From positions 2,170,001-2,234,000 of the forward strand of contig CATNEN010000041.1 in NCBI GenBank assembly GCA_950097015.1: a stretch of DNA of 64,000 nucleotides. Direction: 5' to 3'. Positions 23,996 through 35,677 of this stretch are shown here, piece by piece. Each line of letters begins with the position of its first letter. Positions within the stretch are counted from its first letter, which is position 1. The position numbers were made by a program, and so were the translations under genes. Under the pieces are notes generated by a model. The model ran no database searches and was not told the origin of the DNA. It worked only from the letters and a program-made list of their open reading frames with translations. The stretch is from Macrostomum hystrix. Its lineage: Eukaryota; Animalia; Platyhelminthes.

Positions 23996-25746
23996 GTAAT
24001 CAGCTAAGTCATGCCCAGTCAAAGCATTTTCTACGTTCTCGAGCCCGTTGGACTTGCGTCGCCCAAATGTACAGCAGAATTCGATTGTAAAGTAAAGGTC
24101 CTGACTGAATGAGAGTAGGCTAACAAAGCGAGCACAACACAGGCTGGTAACAAAGCGATCGATTCTCTGAAACTGTGAACCTTCCCCGAATCCAGGCTGC
24201 GTCCAGTTTCAATCAAACAAAAAATCGTGGGCAGCTATAAATTGTCATTGGCTTGAAATCTGAAAATTAACTCTCGGTGGTTAGTTATCCTTGCAGTAAT
24301 CCTACACTTCAACAGTTGGTTATATGGATGTACAGCATGTCTCCATGTACGCGGCGAACATTTCGCTTTCTCAAATCCGATCTACCTATATAAAAATATT
24401 CGTGTTAACTCGCCAAATGCTCCGATGGGTGAAACAAAAACTTCAATAATTACATTTCGCTCGCAAATCGTGAATTTTTACACCCAGTTTTTTTATTGAG
24501 GTCTAGTTCTTCGCTTGCTTTTTTACAAAGTAAGTAAAAAAATTATAAAAACCTGCATATCTCCTACTAATATTTTACCCTATTTAAACTAGCTATATAA
24601 GCATTATCAGCTGAAGATTAGTGCTCATCCATTTTCGGATCAGTTGAAATACACTTGCAATAAAATGTTTCAGCTTCTTCAAGTAAGTTGATATCCTAGA
24701 TTTTAGCTGATTATATTCCAAACGAATGGTTGTACTCAGCAATATCAAACCAAAATGGTGTAACAACCGCGTTGTGCAATGTCGCTTCTACCGAGAAACA
24801 ATTTGACGGCGGCGGATTTAAATAGAACGAATTGCTGTTAAGAAGAAGTGAACTATTTATTGTAAACATATATTAATGCTAAGAAATACTTGCGTGCCTT
24901 TTATTTGAAAGCATAAAAGAAGTATGTCATAATATTCTTAGAACAATTTCTGAAACTTTTTATAAAAAAGCAGGATTACGACTATCAGTGTATTTAAACG
25001 AAGACAACAATATTTTTTAGCAGAACAACCTCATCAAAACATAAAATGCTGTTAAGCCGAAAAATATGTTTTATTTATATATATATAATATATATAAACC
25101 AAAATTTCTTTTTTTATTTTTTTACAAAAAACATGTTTCTCATGCCTCTTCGTGGTACGGACGTTTAAATTATCATTAAATGTCCTCTTTTTAGTGCAGG
25201 GCGCCCTTTAACTTGAGTTTACCTTTTAAAAAGATATCGTTTCGGTCTTGATGCTATATTTAAAATGTCAGGGGATGAAGTAATATTAGTCTAGATTATT
25301 AGTTTTGAGCAGAAGCAGGGAAATGCGCTACTTGAACACATTTTGTTCACGCACTTAACATAGTTGGTGAGGAATCTGAGGATATAAGCGTTTTACGAGC
25401 GTAAATCTAGCTATCTATTTTTCCTTTGTGTGTACGAAGCGTGCTTCATAACCTTTGGCCCTTTTGTGGTAAGGCAAATCTTTTTCTGGCTTAGTTTAAA
25501 GAAAAACCAAAAAAAAATATTTTTTTTTCTTTATAGATTTTAGATTTATAGATTTTTAGATGTATATATTTTTAAAAAGGTATCGTAAAAACAATTTTTT
25601 GTAATATTTTACCAGGGACTACTAAATACTCCTGTAGTATTTAGTAGTTCCCTCAACTTCCCTGTATTTAATTTACTTGATCTGTTTAACTGAATAATTA
25701 AAGCAGTGCTTTTAACTCTGAAAAGCAGTTTCCATTGGAAAATAAA

Positions 25747-26008
25747 GGGTTGAAGAGCCCCTCTCCAGGCATCTGTAAGATGGAAGAGCCAGACAAGTGA
25801 GGGTTGAAGAGCCCCTCTCCAGGCATCTGTAAGATGGAAGAGCCAGACAAGTGAGGGTTGAAGAGCCCCTCTCCAGGCATCTGTAAGATGGAAGAGCCAG
25901 ACAAGTGAGGGTTGAAGAGCCCCTCTCCAGGCATCTGTAAGATGGAAGAGCCAGACAAGTGAGGGTTGAAGAGCCCCTCTCCAGGCATCTGTAAGATGGA
26001 AGAGCCAG
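25747..26008. repeat. Minisatellite, 54-bp unit, about 5 copies
   Basis: Unit GGGTTGAAGAGCCCCTCTCCAGGCATCTGTAAGATGGAAGAGCCAGACAAGTGA. Confidence 0.94.
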
Positions 26009-26431
26009 CTGGTGGATGATTGCTGGTGGATGATTGCTGGTGGATGGTTGCTGGTGGATGGTTGCTGGTGGATGATTGCTGGTGGATGGTTGCTGGTGGA
26101 TGATTGCTGGTGGATGATTGCTGGTGGATGATTGCTGGTGGATGATTGCTGGTGGATGATTGCTGGTGGATGATTGCTGGTGGATGGTTACTGGTGGATG
26201 ATTGCTGGTGGATGGTTGCTGGTGGATGGTTGCTGGTGGATGATTGCTGGTGGATGGTTGCTGTTGGATGATTGCTGGTTGATGGTTGCTGGTGGATGAT
26301 TGCTGGTGGATGATTGCTGGTGGATGATTGCTGGTGGATGATTGCTGGTGGATGATTGCTGTTGGATGATTGCTGGTTGATGGTTGCTGGTGGATGATTG
26401 CTGGTGGATGATTGCTGGTGGATGATTGCTG
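26009..26431. repeat. Minisatellite, 14-bp unit, about 30 copies, abutting the 54-bp array
   Basis: Unit TGCTGGTGGATGAT / TGCTGGTGGATGGT. Confidence 0.94.
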
Positions 26432-26784
26432 GTCGCTTGTCACTTTGCAGTAGAAACTGTTCGGTAGATGAGAAACAACATTTTCTGAATTGACTCCAAC
26501 ACTTGGCACGACAGCTGAACTGCATGTTTACTACATTTAAGAGATACTTTTTAATAATTTTATAAATATGGACTTGTCGTAAATGTTTTTGCGTGCTTAA
26601 CAACCAGAGCCAAGCCAAAATTGCTAGAAAACAATAGCCGATAAAAGATAGTTTCCCAACAAACAATAGTATAATCAGTAGATAGGGAAGGTATGAACAG
26701 CTAATAAATAATAGAAAACTAATAATTGCATGAGGGCTGCGGGCACTGGCTTTGGTAACACTGAACCAGCAGCCAGCGAGGGTC

Positions 26785-26912
26785 AATTGCACGACAAGCC
26801 TCCAAAGCCCTGTCTCCGCGGCTGCGACACAAATGATGTGGCTCGCTGCGGAATCGAGCTTAGAGACCGTGGTGCGAGAGGCAAACGCGTGAACCGTTCT
26901 GCAACTCACCCC
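26785..26912 (+). repeat. About 130-bp dispersed repeat, copy 1 (second copy at 36608-36726)
   Basis: AATTGCACGA..AAGCC...CGGCTGCG...CAAATGA...GCGGAATCGAGCT.AG.GACC...CGAGAG.CAAACGC...TCTGC.ACTCACCC is shared with intron 2 of copy B. Confidence 0.65.
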
Positions 26913-29900
26913 TGTATGACCAGGAATAGAATTTGCTTACCTTCTGGATACTTTTTTCCTCCATGTCTTGCAAGCCCTCATGGAGGTTCCTGAACAGACG
27001 ATCCCACAACTAGTTTTCTCTCCGTTTTTACAATATTTTTTTTGCCGAGCTATTGACAGACCTGACTTATACTTCAGACCGACGCAAAAAGGTAGCCCCA
27101 TGCCGCTGGACGATACCGGCAGCGGCAGCGGCAGCGATGGGCAGGACAATGAGCTCGGAGGCCCATATCGGCGGAAGCGTCCACTGCCAGCCAGTGCGAG
27201 GCCCCAAAGCCTGCCAGCCTTCATGCGCGAGCGTGCAGTGCCGAACGCCACGGTCACCAGCCTCATGACAGGCCAGCTGGGCAACCTTCCAGAGAGAAAC
27301 TCGCGGACGGTGCGGATTTTCATCAGCTCCACTTTCTCAGGTCCGTTGAGGAGCCTAAAAGAATCGATTGATTTTAAATGGTTAAATTGGTTTCTTGCAC
27401 GAAATCCGACATTGTCCCTTAACCCTGGCCTGACAATTCTGTTCTAATATTTCTTATCGGTTTCTACTTAAAGGCAAGATCTGACAGTTTGTGATAAATA
27501 AGGCTACTAAAAAGAAAGAGCTGGCTACTTTTCTTTGAACTAGGAAGAGCGGAAATGATGGACATGCTGTCCTACCAGGATTGCCCATGCCAGCTGCGAT
27601 GGTGTAAGAACCTTTAGCCCTGGTTCTTGATGGCTGCAGCCGCTCTGCATTGTTACGAAATCTAGAAACGGACGTAGGGTTCTTGGTGGAATGAATGCAT
27701 GAATCTTTGATGGTTCAACTCACGAGCTGAACATCGGGTTGGGACAGAAGCGCAACGCCACACTTATTTGAAATGAAATTATACCCATCATACCAAGACG
27801 TCTGTAAACCGAGATTTTCCTTCTATTTCCCTGGCCTCATCTATATGCAGACATGCACCTAGAGCGAAACGTTCTGATGCAACACGTCTACCCAAGGCTA
27901 AAGCACATGTGCATGATCCGGTATGGATTGGCCTTTCACGTGAGTCTAAACTATTCGGACTGAACTATTCAAAGCTATTCTAAACTATTCAAAATTTCAC
28001 TCAACCACAAAACAAACTCAGTCGTGCTTGGCTAAATTTTCAGTTGGTGGACCTGCGCTGGGGAATTCAGGAAGGGGCCTCGATGGACCAGAAGGCTAGT
28101 GAGATTTGCATGCAGGAAATTGCCCATTGCCAGAGCACTTCTGTCGGCCCACACTTCCTGGTAATCACTGATACAAGCACAAAAATTATGATACCTCAAA
28201 TAAAATGAGTAATTAGCGGCAAAACCAACACAATATTACAGGCTATTTTAAGTCATAGGTACGGAACAAAAACACTTCCATACGCTGTGGCAAAGTCTGT
28301 CATGGAAGCCCTACTGAGCATCATGGAGGGCCGCGGCATGGATGATGCTAGACAGCTCATCGAGAAGTGGTACCACTTAGACGAGAACCAGTTTGATCCA
28401 GTCTACGTGCTTCAACCAATACTTCAGAAATGGTCGGTAACAACGACTGTAAAGCTGGCGCTAGCTGCGTGGCAAAACGATGAGGCGGCACTGCTGCGAG
28501 CGTTGCAAGCCTGTGCTGTGGCCGCGAAGGAAGCCGGAACATTTGGCGAGGACACAGCTGTTCAATTCACGACGTCCGTAACACACCAAGAAGTGCTGAA
28601 TGGCGTGCAGAAGTCAACGTTTGCAAGACGACAGGATGCTCTGCTTTTTCACCGCGACCTCACGGATGTGCTTGACTACGTTCAGATGAAGGAGCCAGGG
28701 GTCCGGAGGTTAATCGACATTAAGGACGATGGTGAGATTGACGATAATGCGAAGCTTCTGCTGGATACCTTGAAAGAGCAGAAGCTACCAAATCTACTGC
28801 CCACTGAAAACAATCTACTGCCCAATGAGCCAGGTGAGGAGATACATCGAGAGTGAAGCCAGACACCCGCTCATGATTCACGGAGCCTCCGGCTGTGGAA
28901 AGACGTCGGTGATGGCTCGAGCTGCAAATCTCGCTCGACAATGGCTTCCCGAATCCGACAGAGAAGGCGCGATCGTGATCATCCGATTCCTCGGAACGAG
29001 TCCGTCGTCATCCAGCATCCGTCAGACACTGCGCTCGATCTGTCAACAAATGGCTGTTGTCTTAGGGACATCAGAAGTGACTGACAGCATTCAGGAAATC
29101 GATTTCAGAGAGATTGTGAACAACTTTTACAAGCTGGCAGAGAAGCTCTGTCAACAATCTCGAAAGGTGTTAATCTTCCTCGACTCGGTTGACCAGCTTG
29201 ATGCTTCAGACGGTGCTCACACACTGGGCTGGCTGAGACCCAACTTGCCGACTGGAATAAAGATTGTGCTCAGCTCACTTCCCGACATGTTCGACATTCT
29301 CGACTCGTGTCGCAGTCTTCTTCGAGACATTGACTCAAGCGAATGCTTTGTGGAGATTTGTGAGCTCAATCCGGAGCTGTGCTGTCACATTGTGAGAGAC
29401 ATGCTGACTGAGAGAGGTCGGTGTCTCACTGAGCCTCAGTGGTGTGTGTTGCGAGCTGCATTCGAAAAGTGCAGTCTCCCGATCTACATGAATCTCGTGT
29501 TCAACCAGGTGATGGCATGGAACTCGTACACTCCAGTAGACTCTCACTCACTCGAGTACACAGTCCGAGGCGCGATCGAGCACCTGTTCAATCGTCTTGA
29601 GCGTCAGCACGGTCAGCTGCTCGTGTCTCACGCTCTCGCCTACATTACCGCATCGAGGAGTGGTCTCGGAGAAGGAGAGATCGAGGACTTGCTATCGTTG
29701 GATGAGGAGGTTCTCGGAGAGGTGTTTGCGCACCACCTTCCGCCATTCATCCGTCTTCCGCCATTGTGTTGGACTCGCGTTCGTCACGAGATCGGACCAT
29801 ACTTGGTAGAGCGCGAAGCAGACGAGGCTCGAGTGTTGACGTGGTACCATAGACAGTTCTGGGAGGTGTGCCGCGATCGCTACTTCTCTAACGCAGAGTT

Positions 29901-32900
29901 CATGAGGCAGATGCACTCACGACTCGCGGACTACTTTCTTGGAGTATGGTCCGATCGACCGAAGCCGTTCAAGTGTCCACCGAATCTGGCAGCAAAGCTG
30001 GCGAGACAGGTGAGTAACAAACGATCGTTAATGTGTCTGCAATGTTTATGAACTATTATTTTCTGACGTATACAAGTACAAATTTGTCTTCAGGGCACCC
30101 CTCCTCCGAGCGAAGCTGACAGACAGGTCCCTCAACAGCCTCATGTTCTTCAGCGAGACGACAGCGGATCAGTGCGCTTCAATCTAAGGAAGTTGAGCGA
30201 GCTGCCGTTCCACCTGCTCCGTAGCGGTCGCATTGATGACTTTCTTGATCACGTGACGTTCAACATGGACTTTCTCGAGTCAAAGCTGAGTGCCACATCT
30301 CACCACTTGCTGCTGCGAGACCTCCAGTTGTTCTTCGATGTGGACGAGTCGGTCCGGGGTAGCGGATCCGACTCAGTAGACGCCGAGAGACTGTTCAATG
30401 CGATGAGGATCGCTGGACCGAGTCTGAGTCACAGTCCGTTGTGTCTTCCGGTGGACCTTTGCGGCCGGCTGAGATCATTCGCAGAGAGCTCGTCTCGGAT
30501 TCGCAAGCTTCTGTCGGACTGCAGACATCGAGATCAGTCGACTTGCATATTGCCTCTGAACGGATGCTTTGACAGCGGCAGCAGCTACACGCACTGCAGC
30601 ATTCAGGGTCAAATGAGCCTTGGTAGGCTATGTGAAAACGGTCAATTCTTTACAGTTTCCTCAGCGGATAACATTGTGACCTGGTTTGATGCGCAGGGCA
30701 AAATGATCAAAACCGTCACCTGTGACTATTTTCCAGCTGTTCACGTAGGCTTGTTTTCGGTACTGCCTAAGAGTGGCAGTTTCTTGACTATTGAAGATCC
30801 TCAAATTGCAAGTACGTATAAAATTTTCCAAGCGAATTTTTTCAGTGGAGTTTGGCATCCGATAATTTCAAACGTCGCTTCTTTTGTATCCGACAGTTAC
30901 TTTGGTGAAACTTATAATTTAGTCGCTTCAAGTGAAAGCCACATCATTCTCAGGAGTAGGATGCGGTCGGCAAACAGATTTTTTTACGTTTGTCTGAAAC
31001 CAGAGCCCCAAATGTTGGGGTACTTTAGCACTAATAAAGAATTTGTGCCTCGTCTAAGTGAAGATTGTTTTGTCTTCTTTGTTGGATCTGCTGTTTCAAA
31101 CGAAGAGCGTGACTTAACCAATGATTCCGTGGTACTGAAACCTCACGTTCTACTTCTTAATGATTTCACCGATGTGTGCCTTCAATGTGCGGAGTTTGAG
31201 TCCGGAGAGCTTCTTAACTACAAAGCATTCGTTGAAGGCTCCGACATTCTGTTTGTAACGACCAGCAAACACGAGCTTGAAAGTACGGTCACATTCACAG
31301 TGCGTCGATTCATTGTGGACGAAAAATCAGTTCGAGAAGACATTTGTTGTCAGGTGCAGTCAGCACATGACCCTGGCAGCATGTTCGATGTCACCCTGTC
31401 GCTGGATCGCACGACCGCCGCCATCTGCTTCACCTGTTTGAAGGAAAGCATGGGGTTCTTGTGCAAGCTGCCGCAGTGCACTTTTACACCGCTGGCCTAT
31501 CACACAGTGTTGCAGAGCTCTTTGCTGAACATTGATAGCTTTGAAAATTATGTTCCTAACTCAAAAAATATTCACATCAGCCATGATGGTCGATTTCTGC
31601 TGTGTAAAACGAAGTGTCAATACATGTTCAACATCTGGTCCGCTCATGACGGCTCGTTTCTGACTGCCATTCCTTATTCGGAAGCATTCTATTGTCTTGG
31701 CCAGATGGCCGGAACTGACTTCTTTCTGATTAACTCAATCCCAAGCAACATTGTTAGTGGTTCGGTCTCACTGACAAAGGTTCTCAAGCTAAGCTTGCTG
31801 ACCGCATATAACATGAGCTCTGATCGCGAGCGAATCAAGTCTCAGCAGCTAGCTGACGCAGTGCTTCACATTGACACCGAAGCTGGTCGTTTTGTATGGG
31901 CGTTTTTTGATCCTCAGTCTGGTGGGTGCGCCTGGCAGCTGGACTTGCGTTCGGCAGCAAAATCAACCATTCTTCTTCACCAACTGGAAAATGCGTCTCA
32001 CGCGAAGTTCCTGAACAAACCAGAAAGCTTAAACAGGATTTCAGACTCAGAAGTCACTGAGGAAAAACCTGAACGAACTCAGAAGTCTGAATTTGTTCAA
32101 TCGCTTATTGAAGTGTTGAAGGACCGGATTGTCCACCGGGATCTTCAAGAGCTTAATATTTTGCTGATTCAAGAGCCAGGGAGTCTTGAACTTTTATTGA
32201 CCGATGTAGGCGATGTCGCTAACTTTGCGTTGAAAAACCGAAGCTCTAATTTTGGGTGTCGCTTCAAAGCCACAAGGCAGTCGACTGATATGAAATTGAG
32301 AATCGATGCACAACATGAAGATCAGCTGACTCACGATCTTCTTAGTCAAATAGAAAACAAGGAACTCGCTATACTGGTTTCAAATCACGCAACACTGAAG
32401 TCATTTCCTATTTCCTATTTGATCCCAGGTAGAACATTAAATATATTCTCTCACAGCAGCAAACTTTCAGGTGTTCTGAGCAAAAGTAAAATTGAAATTT
32501 ATCTGCTGGTAAAATCTGAAAATGCAACAGGTGTTGACTCCAGCCTGCATTCAGTCAGTCAATCATTTAGTGATCCAAGCACAGAATCTTTCCTGTGTAC
32601 GCTCGGTCTTCAAGATCGGTCCATAAAGCGAAGCTTGCATTTGCCAGTCTTGCACCTGGGAAGTCCTTTTATGAAGTATTGCGGCAGGAGAGTCGCCCTG
32701 AACACTCTAAAGCAAGCAGTCTTCAATTTTGTGACAATTTTTGGCAAAAGTGATATGTATATACCTGACGGAGGTCAAAGTATTCAACAGAAAAAGATCA
32801 TCGACTTCACAAAGATGATTTTCCAGCATTCCTTAGACTTCATTCGCATGAAAATCACCGAGTTTTCAAACACAGAAGACATGGACTATTCAAGTAATAC

Positions 32901-33949
32901 TGAACGAATGCAGCAAGAGCTGATGGCTTATCTAAAAAGCTCTCTCAGCGCGAACTCTCAGCAGCAGTCAGGTATTTTCCCTGGAATGCCACTGCTTCAG
33001 CAGCAAAGCATCGACACTCTCATCACGATGATATTCACGACCAATGAAACCAGCTACCTAAGCTTAAATTACAAACTGAAGTTGAGCGCCACCGACCGCT
33101 GCACTCCAACATTGGTATTCGAGCGCCCACTTCACCCTCATCACATGGTGGTGCTGTACCTGTGTGAGTCCGTCTCGAGCTACTCGGATGCGCTCGATCG
33201 TGAGCGAATGTGCTGGCCGGGTCGGCTGGTCGTGTGCGACACGAGCACAATGCAGGTGATGTCCGTGAGCAGCACCTTCGATGCAGGCGCTCTGTACCTG
33301 CTTCCGGACGGAGTTCACTGCATCACGTACCGGTTGAAGGTGTTCAACATTGAGACGGGTGATCTGGTTCGTGATCTAGATCTCGAGGACTCCGTCATCC
33401 TCATCGACATGGTGGCCACTCCGGACCGTCGGCTGGTCATTGGACTGAGATACGAGGTCTTCGAAGCGACGAAAATGATCATTGACTACATGCGAGCAGG
33501 TGGTAGGCTGAAGTCAGCGGAGGCTCAAGAGTTCTGCAGTGAAACTGCTATCAGCAATTCAAAAACGATTCAGGTGAAAATCGCTTTTTGGATCATTTTA
33601 GTTCAGTGCAGAAATTTTGTTCAAACACTTTGTTATTTAAATCGCTTACCTTGTAACAGGCCTACAGCACATGTGACGGCTCGTTGTTGTTTAATTATCG
33701 TTTCGAGGCCGAGCCTATTGCCTTGCTGGTACCTGCCAACGATCGTCTGTTACTGCTCGTGAAGGATCACCCAGTTCAGCTTTATGAGATCCTTTCAGAT
33801 GGCCTTGATTTAAAAGAAAATTGGCCCCATAAGTCTCGGGCAAGCAAAGAGTTTCCTCAGGAACCAGAGTGCTTGGAGCTGATTACGGCTAATCTGAGGA
33901 CGGATTACATGGCCTACCTGAGTAAGTTTTACTTTTGACCCACAAATTC

Positions 33950-34400
33950 TGCCTTTCGTCAATATTTACACTCTTTCCCTTGTTTTCGCCCTTGCCACCC
34001 CGTCCCGTGGCAGAGTTCGTTAGGCCCTCCCGTTTGGCCCCACCCGTCCAATCCGGTTCTCAGGCCCGGTTTGTGCTCGCTAAGCCGGGGCTTTCTGATT
34101 GGTTGATTTTCTCGTTCGCCCTCACCCTTCCGCGGCTCTGCGCTTTAGGCCTAACCCCACCCCCATCCGGTGGCTGACACAAACCTGTTCTGCGTTGCAG
34201 GGTCAGTGCCTAATTGGTCTGTCTTGCCCCACCTTTCTCTCTCTGCCCCATTTTAGGCGTCACCCTGCCCCATCGCCCACCCTCCCTGTCTCGGGCTTTG
34301 CGAGTATTTAACGCGCACCGTAAACCCCCCCACGCGAGTGCCGGTCTCTTCGCACTGTGGCCATTGGGTTAGCTTAAGAAAAGAGGGTTGTAAATACAAA
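33950..34400 (-). mobile_element. LTR-like dispersed repeat in intron 6 of copy A (related to 55150-55460 in opposite orientation)
   Basis: The reverse complement GACCAATTAGGCACTGACCCTGCAACGCAGAACAGGTTTGTGTCAGCCACCGGATGGGGTGGGGTTAGGCCTAAAGC aligns by eye to GACCAATCAGGTGCCGACCCGGCCACGCAGAACCGGTTTGTGTCGGTCACCGGATTGGGGCTGGGGTTCGGGCTAAAGC at about 55270. Ends and class are not defined. Confidence 0.55.
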
Positions 34401-34694
34401 CTGACCAAACAAACAAATACGTTCGTACAACAAGAAGTGAAAGTCAGCAGCAATCGTACAAACCAGCGAATGAGTAGAGCAGCCTTCGATCCCTCGCGGT
34501 AAGACTGACGATTCCGACTTGATCATTTGAACGTCCCCTGCTCAACATTCCCGAAAAAGATCTGGCAACGGAATAAAAAAATCAAGCACAGTTTTCATGT
34601 GGGATCGATGCTAATCCACTGCAAGTTTTAGAGTAGAGTAGATCGAAATTTCTCAAATGAGCTACTCCGAAAAATTCCTGCAACCATACCGCAG

Positions 34695-34813
34695 GGAAGG
34701 TGCTGGCACGTGGTCTGGCCCGGGTTGCCGACGTCCGACCATCAGATCCGATTGAGTACCTGGCCAGGTGGCTGTTGCAGTTCGTGGCTCATCGCGATGG
34801 ACCTGGGCATTGA
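34695..34813 (+). other. Terminal exon of copy A encoding a Dpy-30/RIIa-like motif
   Basis: Acceptor CCGCAG at 34689-34694, phase 1 matching the donor at 33921. Translates [39 protein letters not shown]-stop. Not in the ORF track. Confidence 0.8.
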
Positions 34814-35677
34814 AGGAGACATTCGGCAGTCAAGAAAATCGACAACAGTTTGTACGGCCTATGGTTGAGAGGCAACTCCTTGATGAATGCATCTAACAAA
34901 TAAAAAATAATTAGTTCCTCAGTGTTTCGACGCTTTGTGTTGCTAAGAAGAGATTAAGAAAGGTGTTTAATAAGTACTCGTATTTTTGTAATTCATTTGG
35001 CAATGATTCCGTAACCGCATAACATGCTTATTCTTCTATAATCAAGGCGTGAGCTTTCTACTCGTAACTTACGCTCGTATACTGCATGAAATGCACTGCC
35101 TGTCTACCTTTTCTTCTCCAGACTGGCGGTCCGGAGTACCTGTATCTTTACAAGCCGTCGGTACTATGAGTACTATGAGGTGTTTTCAACAGTCCAGTTT
35201 TCAACTCCACAAATTTCCATATCGACCATGCGGAAATTATATTACGTTAAATATTTTTACGGTCACAAGTGAATAATTTCGTCTGTATTTTCAATGCGCA
35301 ATTTAACGTATGAGCATAATGTGCTCGATTCTTGATATTGGATGATCAGTTCACGCCAGCCGTTTGTAAGCAAGCAAACTGGCTCATGTGAAATGGTTCA
35401 ACTTAAAAGCAGAATTGTTCATTCTTGGTTGTTTTTTGTAGTATTTTTGCGGAAAGTCCAAATTCAGAGCCGTGTTTTGAGCATGGCAGCCGTACGGTCA
35501 ATTACAGTGCGAGTGTCAAGTACAAAGCAATTAAGAATTTTTTCTCGTTAATAAATTTCGCTTCAGCCTTCTCATTTAAATCTATAGGATTGAATCCTTA
35601 GAATCACATATTCGCATGTATGCCACCGCTCTAGCAGGTTCGTGATGCCCTAATCGTTTCCCCTCAGCCCTGACTGA

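Larger units (their letters stand above)
27100..34813 (+). pseudogene. NWD1/NWD2-like STAND protein, copy A (DUF4062-like, NACHT, propeller, Dpy-30 motif); frameshifted by a net 218-nt deletion
   Basis: Exons 27100-27340, 27851-27939, 28044-28160, 28242-30009, 30094-33573, 33660-33921 and 34695-34813. Motifs include [24 protein letters not shown], Walker [10 protein letters not shown], Walker [11 protein letters not shown] and [14 protein letters not shown]. Relative to copy C, 230 nt are replaced by 12 nt at 28812-28823, which shifts the frame. The downstream frame is open to the normal stop. Functional status is uncertain. Confidence 0.8.

Noticed and set aside
33574-33762. C-terminal tails of the long ORFs (VKIAFWII..., [24 protein letters not shown])
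   Set aside because: Intron read-through past GT donors present at the equivalent codon in all three paralogues.
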